Shown: positions 13,201 to 23,782, counted from the stretch's first letter. The stretch is 64,000 nucleotides of DNA from Chara braunii (GCA_003427395.1 BFEA01000004.1:3950290-4014289), one strand, 5' to 3'. The notes: generated by a model not told the origin, from the sequence alone. Numbers and translations: made by a program.

Positions 13201-16200
13201 GACAGATCCGGAGTGCATTCTCTTTATTGGGAGAAATTGCACACCGTCTTACATTTAGACTAGGCATTCATAAGATCATTGATGCTCATCCTTCCTTCTT
13301 CCTATGGAGCAAGGTCCCCCACTCAGACACTGGGAGCTCAAATCTTGAACATAGTCTTAGGAGAAGGTTAGCTAAATCACAGAGCAAACGAAAGGGGTTA
13401 GCTGGGAGTCTAGGAAAGAGGGGGAGAGTCACTTCGTTGGGGTTACCAGGGATTTCTAGCCCTGCTCAAGCGTCCCAACAGATCATTCCCCTCCTTTAAA
13501 CCAACGGCACCCCCTGAGTGATCGAACATGGCAATCAGTGACTTTTGCCACGAAGCGCCCGGGGGGCTGTAGCCCGGTATGGCTTTGCAATGCGGAGGAC
13601 GGCAGCGGTTCCGGAAAAAAAAAAGAAAAAAAAAAGCACTAGCCTCCTTGACAGTATTTCAGTCAGGCCCGACCCAGGCAGGACACATTCATTCATTCTG
13701 AGAAAACTTCTGCAGCATATTCAAATGACTAGCAAATGATCTGCTACAACACGGGATAGCGCATAAACGACAGTCCAACAGTGATATGTCACAGAATCAC
13801 AAGGACAAAAATCCCGCCGGTAGACACAATTCGCTCCCAAGGATCCCAGACAACACAGTGGAGACCCACGGTCCCACTCTTCGCTCCCAAGCCGTAAGCT
13901 CCCATGAACTCTTGAAATACAGCCGTAAGCTCCCGGAAAACACAGTGGGTACACCCGGAAAACACAGTGGAACCACCGGCCTGGCTCAGTTGGTACACCC
14001 ATGAACTCTTGAAATACACCCGTAAGCTCCAATCCAGATCGAGCTAGCTGAATGAATTCCTACCTGGGTTGGTCAATATCTCAAGGTCGTCCTCCTTTTT
14101 CAAAAAAAAAAAGGGGAAAAAAAAACAGTGGAAACCCGTGGCCCCAGGAGCCTGGACCCACTAGCGAAGTATTCTACGATGTGTGACGCAATTTTATGGC
14201 TTTTTGGAAAAGAGCAAGTGATTTTTTATTTTCATGAATCGATCGTTTTCTGATTTAAAATGAATTGAAATGGCACATAAAACAAAGAAGAACAGCTGTG
14301 CACCCAAATTCATGGGTTGGTGCGATCTCCTTCACGTAAGTCTTCATAGTGATGTACCATGGCAATAAAATTTCTCCACGAACACAGCCACGAGGATGAA
14401 CAAGTAACGGGAATGGGGATACATTCATCACCATGTATCTCATGAGGCCTCTAACAGGCCATCCAACAGACGCGGAGGCGTTCCTGTCGCATCCACCACA
14501 ATATTTGAATTCACATTTCAAGTTCGATTTCTCAGAGCCAAAACAAAAAAAAAAGGAAGTCTGGAAATCAGCCCCCCGCCTTTCGGGTCCATAAAATCCA
14601 GACTTCCCGCCCACGCAAAGCCACGAGCTATCATGTCCAAGTCCGTTTTTCTTTTGGCATCTTTGCAGTCCCCGCTCAGAAACTACCAGGCCGTCGAGAT
14701 CCGATGCATTCGACAGCCGTACTGCGTCACTCGAGGCCACACGTGATCGAAATCCTGAACGGAGTGGTAGAATACTTCGCTAATGGGTTACCACGGCGCT
14801 AACTTCACCTTGTAATTTATGCCTTCACCGTTTTGAGCTCGTTTATTACCTCGGACCCCGGCTAACTCGAGAGGAAAAACCCGCTCTGCGAACCCAGGCT
14901 TCGCTCCCAAGGATCCCGGAGAACTCAGTGGAAACCCGCTCTATGTAGACGAGAGAGGCGATACTATCAACCCACAGCGAGACTTTAAAACCGCGCTTTC
15001 CTGTTTCTGTTGCAGTCCTATGCGTTTCAAATTAACCATACAAGACTATTACATCGTCAGACGCACACCCTGCTCTTCAGCACCCCCCTCAATACTTCCC
15101 ACGTCAAGTGGCCCTTTCTTATTTTCCCCCTCCCAGACTGACGTCCGTTCTTCATATTTTGTTGCCTGCGTCCCTACAAACTATAACTTCTTCCATGTAC
15201 TTTCTTCTTCCTTCGCTCCTCGAAATATATCGTCTTTCAATTCTCAAACAACTGTTTTCTTCCCTCTCCCCTCTCTCCCTTTCTCTGTTATCCTTCCTCC
15301 TCCTGTCTCCCTCACACCCTTCAAGTCTCACCTGTTTTCTTCCGTCTCCTCTCTCCCTTTCCACACCTGCTTTCTTCTGTCTTACCTCTCTCCCTTTCTT
15401 TGTTATCTTCCTCCTTTTTCTGTCTCCCTCACACCTGCTTTCTTCCGTCTCCCCTCTCTCCCTTTCTCTGTTATCCTTCCTCCTTTTTCTTTCTCCCTCA
15501 CACATGTTTTCTTCCCTCTCCCCTCTCTCCCTTTCTCTGTTACCCTTCCTCCTTTTTCTTTCTCCCTCACCTTCGTGCTTCTTCCTTTTATCTTGTCTTT
15601 TCTTTTCTCATAATTTGGACTCTGTTTCCCGATTAGTGTCGTCGATGCGCAGTGGGTGCGCTCGGCTCTCTGCAACACCGATTTCAAAGACTCTCCACAA
15701 GGACCACGGATTCCCTTTTTTCTCTCGTTTATCATCCCACTCTCCTCTTTTTTATCCCTGCAACATTCCGATTTCGTGAGATTTTGCAAAGGACCTCGGC
15801 TTCCATTATCCCATTTCCTTTCTCTTCCTCCCCCTCTTTTTTTTCCCTTACGCTCGTGCATTTGCTGTTCACAATCTCTGCAAACTATCCCTATTGCCCG
15901 CAATCCCAACGAAAGCGATACCAGTTATTCCTTCCTCGCCTCCATCCCAACCATTTTTACTCTCCTTTCTTTTTTCCCAACCACTTCCAGTGACTTCCTT
16001 TCATCGGGTAATCCAACACTCATTCGTCCTGATGATATTCACGATCTAATAATCATTCGTGCTGCTATTCGAAGCCTTTCGCGAGCTACTTGCTAGCACT
16101 TCTTTTCTTGCACGGCCACCGCAACCTAAAAGGAACAGGAGAAAGAGAAAGAGAGGGGGGAGGGAGGGGGGGGGGGGGGGGGGAAATGAGGAACGACGCA

Positions 16201-18923
16201 GAACTACTAATCACTAAGACTACTTATCACGATGACTTACTGACGTTGCCATGCTAGTCAGTTCATGGTTGATGGACTTTCGCCCCTGCAATGTGCACCA
16301 CTTGCGATGGTCGCCATGGGTGCCATGACAATAACCAATGGACGAATCAAAAGAAGCTGAAGAATCTGATTTCTGATTGTAACAACTTGATGCATCTGCT
16401 GACGGATCACCTGCGTGAAAGGCGAATCGACTCGGCGCTGCGATGAGGCAAGAGCAAACCGGACAACGAACCGCAAGGGGAGGCACGCAACTCACTTACT
16501 GACTTCCTCCATGTTCATCCCCACCTCCCTCGCTAGTACAGAAAGAAACACAGGACGACGCATTTCGATCTGTTGACAGGAAGATACGAGATCAACAAGT
16601 GAACATGACAAACGACTCTGAACCATCCGCCAATACAGCTTCTCAGCGGTGCCAAAAACAAAAAAAAAAGGATTCATACGGTGCGACTTGCTAGCGCTTC
16701 TTTCTTGTTCGTTTTGCTCGGTCCAATCCCGGCAGATCCTCGCAGGAAGCGAATCCTCCTACACCACGTGAGAGCAAGCAAGAGGCGGGCGACGGCGGCG
16801 ACAAATCCGACAAGCTAACACCCTGACCGATGTACTTATGATCGAAAGGAGGAACATAACAAAGGCCGACTCAACCGTCCACGTAGTAATACAGTATGTC
16901 GAATTGACAGCTGTGAGGAACAACCAAGAACCTGTTCCCTACACGTGACAATGCTCCTAACAAGAGAATTACAAGCTATAACTCGAGCGGGGGTCACAAA
17001 GGCAGTGATCGAATTATATTTTCACATACGGTAATTTACCTATATTGCAGGGCATGTTCACCCTGCTTGCCCCTCTCGCGTAAGCAATCAAACCATTACC
17101 TACACACATACAGAATCGCTCCCCCAATTCCATATTAGGCATTCACGACGCATTCCGTTTCATGCCGTCACCTAGCGGTCAGTACAGACTTGAAGTCGCG
17201 GGCACCCGTTCCCCGCTGTCGACGTTCCGTCCTACCCTCGAAGTCCATCCCCAGCCAAACGGCCGTATCCGGCCGGTCCATGTCCCACCGCTAACCAAGT
17301 CTCTGCCTGCCACTCCCTATGGACGCCCGCGACATTTTCCCACGCTCTTCTGACGTCAATCCCACCCATTTGCAGCCGGTTTCACACCGCGCCGCTCAGT
17401 AGCATCCTCCGCGCGGACCTGCTGCCCTCCGAATCTTCATTCTCCGTGCAAACCCATCGCCTCCAACTGAGCTCATTCAGTTCACATTCCCCACGGCTGC
17501 CCACGGCTGCCGCCGCACCTGTCTCGGCACACAACTGTCTACCGCCGAGAGTCTGTTCGACGGACAGACTGGAGCGTAGAGGATAACAACAACCGAGCCG
17601 AGAGTCTGTTCGACAGACTTCTGCTTATGACGGTGCGTTGCAGCTCCGACTGACTTTTCTCACAGAGCCGCCGCCGCCGCTCACCGCATCAGAGATAACA
17701 CGTGGCATGCATTATTTGTGCGAACACTATGTCCCGCATCAACCATCGAAGGCTGCAGTCTTCACCTGAAAGCCCTTTCTCTTCGCAAACGAGGACATCA
17801 ACTCATGACGTTCAGAGGTTTAACACGCTCGCATTGCGACTGTTGGGTTGTCGCCAATGTCTCGTCTCGCCTGGTCAGAGTGCCTGACACTGGCCATGCT
17901 TGTTCATTTCTCCTATCCCTTCTAGACCACCGTAAACATCGGTTAATTAATTTACTTGAATCCTCTTCCCGAGACCTCTCTCTGCACCTATCTTTCCCAT
18001 CTGGTTTCTCCCTTCATGTCCTCCACACACTCCTAGCTCATGTCTACCGCTGTACTTGTCTGCTTCTGCCTATCAGTCTGTCATATTAACTTTTTTCCAT
18101 CTATCCATCTATCTATTCATCCATCCATTCTCTCTCTCTCTCTCCCTCTCTCTCTACTCCACTCGCGCTATAAATTCACTTCTCCGTCCCCCTCTGCTGC
18201 ACCCAAGCCCTCATTTACACTCGCCTTCCCTTTTCCTCTTTAGCGACTCCCTCCCTCCACCCCCTCCCACCCTCGTCTCCCCTCCCTCCTTCCCCTTGGG
18301 TACTTCCCTGTCTCTGTATCTCGCCATCCCTTTTTTCCTGCCATAGACTGCATTCTCCGAAGGGCTATGCGTTTCAAACCCTGGCTGCCCCGTCTTGCTC
18401 TCTCCCTGTCTCCCTCCTTGTCCCCCCTTCCGTTCACTTCCCCTGCCTCCACCCTCAATCTCCATCCCTCTCTTCCCCATCCTACTGAATCTCCACGTCC
18501 CTTACTCAACTCTTCCTAATCTCCTTCCCTCCTCAGCCACGCCCTATGCATGCATGCGCAGCCCACCGTCACAGCGAAGGTCCACAGGCAACGGCTCTCT
18601 TTCAAATTCCACGCACCGACTCCTTTACTCTTGCCACCTCGAACCTCTCCCCTTTCCCTCATTTTTCTTTTGAATGATTGCAAATGCAGACTCCAATCAT
18701 CAATGCCATTTAAACACCCATTCACCATCGATCACACAATGACCGTGTCACATGTTCTCATAATTTGCTACATATCAACCACGGCGTGCACCAAGAACGC
18801 GTCTTTCTTACTTTTCTTCTCAGTCCCTCGTCCGTCCATGAAAACGGCGTTCATACGATTTTGAACAATGATCCTGTCACCGTCAACATGACAGACGTCT
18901 CATTCTTTATGAACAATTAGATG

Positions 18924-18959
<36 letters not shown>

Positions 18960-20329
18960 CTACCTGATCGCCCGATCATCATTTTTCACTTGACGCTCTT
19001 AAATGTTAGGATTTCATTAAGGGTAAGCGAGTAATAACGAGGCTTCCCATTAGACATGCAACCGACATCAGACATCAACAACCAGGAAACACAACAGGCA
19101 ATGAATCATCCATCGAATGGTTCCCTCAGTGGTTCCCATTGCCTGTCAGGTCCACACAGGCAATCAATCATCCATTGAATCCAAGGAGGAGGGTTCGAGG
19201 ATGAACGAAGCAGGATTCACAACCCGTTCGATCTGATACACGCCGTTTCGGCCGGGCATTACGGGAGAGTGAAGGGCGAGCACACCATAGCAAGATTTAC
19301 GTGCACGGACTCATTCGGATCTCAGTGGATCCATTCTTGTTTGCGCAGTTAAGCGGTCCCTTCCATAGTCAGTCTTCCACGCGATGATTGGAGCAGTGGG
19401 TGGACTTCAACAAGACAGGCGACATACACACCCAACAAAAGCAAAAGCAGGTTATTCAAAGACAAAACTGGACGTCGAAAATGCCTAGACCAATGGGATT
19501 CTTCACATGACACTTTCCTTGAGCCCACACACTTTCCATCCCCCTTTTTCATCCACGCAGCAGCAGACATTCTGTTGCGCGGATTCGCCTTATTCGATCT
19601 CTCTCTGAGATAGGGAAGTTATCATTCACGATATTTATTTTCTCAACTCACTTGTCCAAAGCTTCAAGATACTTCTGCTTCCGTATCTCGAAGAAAATCT
19701 TCATAGAGTAGCGGTTCTCGTGAACGTTGGTAAACCCATGAAGATAACGTTCCACTTCTTCCCATTCTCCTGCCAATACTTGGTCTTCAAAGTACTTCAT
19801 GTTAAAGTAGAAACCGGACTCTTGCTCCAATCTGCCAAACACAACAGCAAACACCAAAGAGACAAATACACAAACAACCAATTCTTAACCTTCCTTGAGA
19901 GAGAGTATTAACCACAATTTCATCCCACAAGCCGTCATACCCTTTCTCGTGTGAGTGCGCCGGCTTGTCACCTCCGGCCTCACTTCTCGATTTCAACAAT
20001 TCCCACTGCCTTTCCTTTTGTCTTTACCGAGCTGTTCCATAACCTTTTCCCCTTTTGCCTTTCTGTTTCCTTCCTCTTGCTTCGTATTCTCTACTCCACC
20101 CAACATCTGCTGCCCCTCTTCCCGCTCACCACTTATTTCTCACTCCTCTCTCACACAAACACCCTTTTCTGCACACACACCCTCCTCCTTCCCCACACGA
20201 CCAATACACCACTTCCCCCACACGCCTTTCTTCTCTCAGCACACATCTCTCTAACACACAAGCAAGCACCATTCCCCCACGGCAAAGACACAGACACGCG
20301 CATGATACACGCATCTTTGTATTATTCCA

Positions 20330-20364
<35 letters not shown>

Positions 20365-20462
20365 CATGTTTCCCTTCTCTCTTCGCTATGCTCCCCGCTT
20401 CCCCTCTAATAAATACACATTTTTCTCTAATCCGGGCACTCTCCCGCACAGACAGCTCTGAC

Positions 20463-20534
<72 letters not shown>

Positions 20535-20987
20535 ACTCTGTGTGTGCGTGTGTGTTTGCCCACACGCACACACAAGCAGGCCCTTCCACTAACTGTCTCA
20601 CACACACGTATTCCTCTACGCCTCTCTCACTTAGAGCCTTCTTCCCCTACCTTCCATACCCTTTCCCCTCCCTCACACCCAAACACATCGCACGCCCCTC
20701 TCCTACACATCTCTCACACAACCCTCTTCTACCCGTCTCCTCCCCTTGTCCCGCTCTCTTCTGGTCTCCCCTCAATCGAGCGCCCTCTCGACGCTTATCC
20801 TTTTTCCCGCGACCTCATCATTTTCGTCTGCGAAACGAATGACTCATCCAGAGAACGCAACCCGTCGCACACTCCACGACCAGAGGCAACCAGCTAAGCG
20901 CGCTTACTTGTGGACGGTTTCCTTGAACTTCTCCTCGTCCAGAAACTGGAGTATGAGGAAAACCAACTCTCGACTGAGAGAGGACAT
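1078..20987 (-). CDS. TPL: TOPLESS/TOPLESS-RELATED transcriptional co-repressor, 3'-partial; exons join(20908-20987,19652-19831,12729-12842,12086-12244,10890-11070,9188-9296,8840-8952,6874-7012,5747-5853,5171-5243,3262-3329,2316-2507,1078-1205)
   Basis: Manual splicing gives a continuous frame MSSLSRELVFLILQFLDEEKFKETVHKLEQESGFYFNMKYFEDQV...RLRTLINQSLNWQHQLCKNPR...IDAHVGGVNDLAF...FIFSTAIDGKIKAWLYDN...WCTTMAYSADGTR, which is typical TPL LisH/CTLH/CRA plus WD40. All introns are GT-AG with consistent phases. The next exon (LFSCG...) is not in the window. Confidence 0.97.
1450..1990 (-). pseudogene. Possible decayed hAT transposase C-terminus (dimerisation motif + acidic tail)
   Basis: Frameshifted VTS..P..RL..VGG.LL / RKSFSP resembles ATSVPSERxFSxAG...RxSLxP; followed by DNEMEQESDDDND. 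Confidence 0.25.
2316..2507 (-). CDS. TPL: TPL exon 12 (IDAHVGGVNDLAF...CGDDKTIKVWD...HKENIQ)
   Basis: CAG/GTGCGT, 192 nt; ORF 2142..2567. Confidence 0.95.
3262..3329 (-). CDS. TPL: TPL exon 11 (GAAFSQHLVHIYKCGAELVHHLE)
   Basis: CAG/GTAGGG, 68 nt; corresponds to GVAxSxHxVxxY...HLE. Confidence 0.88.
3790..3996. repeat. Degenerate ~46-bp tandem repeat
   Basis: Recurrent tgtgcact...ttacttctcatag-ttggactac units. Confidence 0.6.
4769..4915. repeat. Minisatellite, unit ~46 bp (aagacagatgggaggtgcatctctagggggag...)
   Basis: Four copies of gacagatgggaggtgcatc. Confidence 0.85.
5171..5243 (-). CDS. TPL: TPL exon 10 (SALVAQDHKIQVTRVAWSSDAVYS)
   Basis: CAG/GTAGGT, 73 nt; corresponds to the VNRVxWSPDG segment. 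Confidence 0.88.
5747..5853 (-). CDS. TPL: TPL exon 9 (VGTQTGDVAVWDVG...FKIWDIQSCSISQ)
   Basis: CAG/GTAAAA, 107 nt; WD repeat. Confidence 0.92.
5980..6360 (+). mobile_element. 3' remnant of L1/Tx1-type LINE ORF2 in TPL intron 8 (antisense to host)
   Basis: ORF 5765..6505 contains LWVIWKERY (cf. WxIWxxRNxxxF), preceded by a decayed zinc-finger-like DSCPHSL. Confidence 0.6.
6874..7012 (-). CDS. TPL: TPL exon 8 (...DDLPKKVVRALPQGSAVMSMDFHPQMHTLLL)
   Basis: TAG/GTACGT, 139 nt; ORF 6761..7009. Confidence 0.92.
7148..7262. repeat. 57-bp tandem duplication
   Basis: tatccttgatatcaataacaaaagcac(a/c)tttcacagaattc(a/g)gcaagaatcttatgt x2. Confidence 0.9.
7500..7998. mobile_element. Non-autonomous DNA-transposon-like insertion with GC-rich ends and AT-rich core
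   Basis: gcctg(a/g)gtgaccggccgg(g/t)catga at both ends; ggttttc/gaaaatc termini; no TSD seen. Confidence 0.4.
8840..8952 (-). CDS. TPL: TPL exon 7 (LVNRRPMTPP...MDYQTAESDHARKRSR)
   Basis: CAG/GTGAGT, 113 nt; RPxTPP and DYxxADSDH-like motifs. Confidence 0.9.
9188..9296 (-). CDS. TPL: TPL exon 6 (PFQPAASASTIVGWM...PPNP)
   Basis: CAG/GTACGT, 109 nt; PFQP..GWM motif of the TPL linker. Confidence 0.9.
10890..11070 (-). CDS. TPL: TPL exon 5 (LNWQHQLCKNPRQNPDIKTLFVDHCC...SAHG)
   Basis: CAG acceptor, GTAAGT donor, 181 nt; translated manually. Confidence 0.94.
11258..11652. mobile_element. TTAA-flanked TIR element (ACCACC-terminus family), copy in TPL intron 4
   Basis: TTAA|aacaccagt ... actggtggt|TTAA. 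Confidence 0.6.
11862..12030 (+). mobile_element. tRNA-derived SINE
   Basis: A box agctcagttgg, B box gagttcgaatcc, TTTTT then A-rich tail; homologues at 13972, 49960, 50092, 57052(-). Confidence 0.75.
12086..12244 (-). CDS. TPL: TPL exon 4 (ENEQLSKYGDTKSAR...RLRTLINQ)
   Basis: CAG/GT boundaries, 159 nt; ORF 12007..12318. Confidence 0.95.
12729..12842 (-). CDS. TPL: TPL exon 3 (QDRAKAVDILVKDLKVF...LDNFR)
   Basis: CAG acceptor, GTAGAG donor, 114 nt; translated manually. Confidence 0.95.
12992..13497 (-). mobile_element. Possible LTR remnant with PPT
   Basis: Minus strand AAAGGAGGGGA then TGTTGG...; candidate ...CACA end at 12992. Confidence 0.3.
13561..13635 (+). pseudogene. Degenerate tRNA-Ala(TGC)-derived fragment followed by A-rich tail
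   Basis: gggg.tgtagc.c...atgg / ctttgca.tgcg.agg.acgg..ggttc resembles plant tRNA-Ala; the D-arm 3' strand is deleted. Confidence 0.4.
13972..14123 (+). mobile_element. tRNA-derived SINE (same family as 11862)
   Basis: ggctcagttggtacacccatgaac...aatccagat...tatctcaagg..cctttttc + polyA; acagtggaa on both sides (TSD-like). Confidence 0.75.
14156..14788. mobile_element. Non-autonomous TIR transposon (~630 bp), superfamily unassigned
   Basis: TIRs acccactagcgaagtattctac / gtagaatacttcgctaatgggt, 21 of 22 match. Confidence 0.75.
15250..15610. repeat. Pyrimidine-rich degenerate ~62-bp tandem repeat
   Basis: Repeated ctcccctctctccctttctctgttatccttcctcct units; explains the L/S/P/F-rich ORFs here. 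Confidence 0.8.
19652..19831 (-). CDS. TPL: TPL exon 2 (CTLH; LEQESGFYFNMKYF...KYLEALDK)
   Basis: CAG acceptor, GTGAGT donor, 180 nt; ORF 19648..19881. Confidence 0.96.
20908..20987 (-). CDS. TPL: TPL coding exon 1 (LisH; MSSLSRELVFLILQFLDEEKFKETVH)
   Basis: ATG at 20987; 80 nt; donor GTAAGC. Confidence 0.96.
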
Positions 20988-20989
20988 GG

Positions 20990-21943
20990 CTGCAGACGAA
21001 AAAGGGGGGGCGTACGGCCAGGGGTAACCAATCCGAAGGCTTGGAATTATAGCGCGGCACAGTAGAGCAGCGGCTCCACTACGGCCCGCGCGGCGCCGCG
21101 CGGCGCGGTCCTCCCCGTCACACTAGCATCACGCCTGGGTTCCGCCTTGCCCTTCCCGGCTTCCCTTCTCCTTGGATACTCCACCGCGCCCCAGGGATAG
21201 CCGAAGAAGAAGACGGCACAACCAGCTGCAGCTACCCCTTCGCCTCCTGCCCTTCGCCTCTTCCCCGTCGGCGACTTCCGAACCGAAACAAGCCGACCCC
21301 AGCCGAACCGAAAGTCGCCGACTCCGCGCCGAAGTTTCAGAAACACCTACAGATAGCTGCCGAGGTTCGTCCACTCTGCGACTCTTCCCTTACCCCAATC
21401 ACCCCAGCTACCACCTCGCTGGCCCCATTAGCCCGCCACGCAACGATAGACGTCGCCGCAAAAGGAGCAAGAAAGATCGTAGGACGGCACATCCACGTTG
21501 CAGAACTACCGCGGCTCAACTATACACTTCAGTCTTTCTCTGCGATGACTACCCCTGCTACCCATTCCGAAAAGCAAGCACGACGCACGCACCAGTCTTT
21601 CCCTACCCGCTCTCGGCCTCCATGGTGACACAGCGCAGTGTCGTGCCGCGGAGAAGATGCGCTGACGAGCCTGCCTGCGCCTTCTCCCCCGTTCCCCCCC
21701 CCCCCCCCCCCCCCACGCCTGTATTCCCTTTATTTTCTCCCGGTCTTCCCTTTCAGGCGGCTTCCCTGCCACCCACCGCGCCAGGGCCGGTGATTGAACG
21801 AACGCCTGCCCCCAACGCCTACTCAAGAGCCCACGCGCCGACGTTCTTTGCCGTCGACGAGGGTGAAGGACGAGCAAGAGAGGCGGCGTGTGAAGAAACC
21901 CTCTTTTCGACGCCCTCGCACCGCTACCGCGTGTAAGACTTAC
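20990..21943 (-). other. Probable intron in the TPL leader (5' UTR)
   Basis: Pyrimidine tract + CTGCAG acceptor ends 2 nt before the ATG (ttttcgtctgcag|ccATG). The best upstream donor is GTAAGT at 21943. Confidence 0.55.
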
Positions 21944-23177
21944 AGGACGCTGTATGGTGAGCTTTGGCGTCAATAGACCGTCTGAACATGGCGCCGCGAA
22001 GAAGACGGAAAGACGGTCACATCATGCATGAAACTACCGTCACAGGGGCCTAGGCATCCATGCCCAAAGCTTGTCCTGGCACGCTGCTGATGCGCCGGCC
22101 GCGCCACCGCCAACACCGCACTGCTTCTCCCCGCCCACCGTCTCCCCACAGACAAGCGCGACAACGAAGTTCCCGTCGCCGACACTGGTCATCGACTGGA
22201 CAACACACACCTCGCCCTCTCGCTTTCGCCCCGTTCCGGAGTGGCGCCCGTCGAGCAAGGCAATTACCAAAGAAAATAGGAGGGTGACAGTCAAATGTGC
22301 CACAGTCGTGGCCTTGATTGCCAAAAATGCCACAGCTTGGGAAATAATGGCCGTACCGCCGTTTATGCTTGCGCGAGGCAGACACCACTACTACTACTGC
22401 TGGAGCTCTCCTTTTCGCCCCCGCTTCCCCTGTTTTTCTCACGTCATTTTTTTTTTTCCTCCTTACTCGTTTCCCCGTCTTCCATGACACGCTGAAATCG
22501 AGACCGCGCCGGCGCCTCGACGGGATGCTGATACGAGAGCCGACTTATTAACGCTTCCGATACGTACGGGCACTTATCAGATAATCCATTTTCTTGAAGA
22601 TCAACCTTCTTTTCCGCCCTCGACTTCAATTTGCTGGAAGTAAAATTCCCGCAGTGTTTTATCTGAGGCCCGCGCAGCGTATCACACAGCCAAGCCCCGC
22701 AAAGAAAGTGCGCATATAAATAAACTAGAATATCGTTGGACACCCGCAACCGAGTGATCACTGCGCCGCCGGCTTCCGGCAGATCACCGCAGAGCCACAG
22801 ACTGATGACCCTCAGCTGCAGACAAGAGAGAAGTGAGTACTTGCTCTGCCTGACAGAGATCGATGAAAACAAGGTGGGCAAAAAACCTTCCCGCAACGAC
22901 GACACGCACAAATCGAGAAAAACAAACAGAGGCGGGGGGGGAAGCTTCGCGTGCAACAAGAGAAGAGATGCCGGCGACTGATCGATTCACGCTCCCGTTG
23001 ATTACTTTTACCGAGGCTGCCTACCGAAGCGGGTCCCGCTGTTCAAGGGCGCTCTAACGAACCAACAGCGGACCGCATGGCTGAGGCTGTAAAGAGAGCC
23101 TGCAGAGCCATACGCAGAGAAAGCTGTGCACACGACCTGGGCCCAGTCGGCTTGGCAAATCTCTGGTGGTATATAAT

Positions 23178-23299
23178 GGGCCTCGCTCCACCGCTCGCCA
23201 CATGCACAAAAGGCAAAATATATGGCGATGTAACTTCCCATGTCCTAGCGAAAGATTCATTTTCATTTTGCACATTTGGTGAGTAGCCGAGCGAGGCCC
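23178..23299. mobile_element. PIF/Harbinger (Tourist-like) MITE, 122 bp, upstream of TPL
   Basis: Perfect 11-bp TIR GGGCCTCGCTC/GAGCGAGGCCC and 3-bp TSD AAT (23175-77, 23300-02); decayed relatives at ~55660, 58965, 59400, 59865, 59980 and partial cores at 30290-30495. Confidence 0.85.
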
Positions 23300-23782
23300 A
23301 ATGGCGGTAGTTTCCTTCTCTCTAAACTCGAAAATACGTGCGACTTCCTTCTCAAAAAAATCACCTTGGACCTCAAGGTCCTTCTCCAAATGAACATGAA
23401 CAAGAAATGGGCCAAGTGCATACCGTGTGCAGATTAGCAGATAATGAAGAGCATTCTGACAGGGGTATTCCCCTCTCTGCGAACTTGGAATTAGCCATTT
23501 TGCACTTTTTTTCTTTTTTCTTTTTTCTTTTTTCTTTTTTTCTTTTTTTTTTTTGCACTTTTTTCGTCATCCTGTTTCTTCGCCTGTTTCCTTCCGCAAA
23601 CGAATGGTAGCCCCTCAACTATTTGAACCCCTTACCTACTCACAGGCTCTTACATTCGCCTGCAATGCACCAGGCCCGAGGTGCTAGCGGTGTCTGCTCT
23701 TACCAGCACCACTACCGGAGGGGGTTGTTGGGAAAAAAGGAAAAAAAAAAAAAAAAAAAAAGGCTTCTGCTAATTACTAAAT

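Noticed and set aside
15020-16096. Long ORFs (197, 223, 168 aa)
   Set aside because: Products of pyrimidine-rich tandem repeats within TPL intron 2; no domain.
20055-21973. 280-aa and 254-aa plus-strand ORFs
   Set aside because: Low-complexity or GC-rich sequence antisense to TPL intron 1 and the leader; they contain microsatellite translations.
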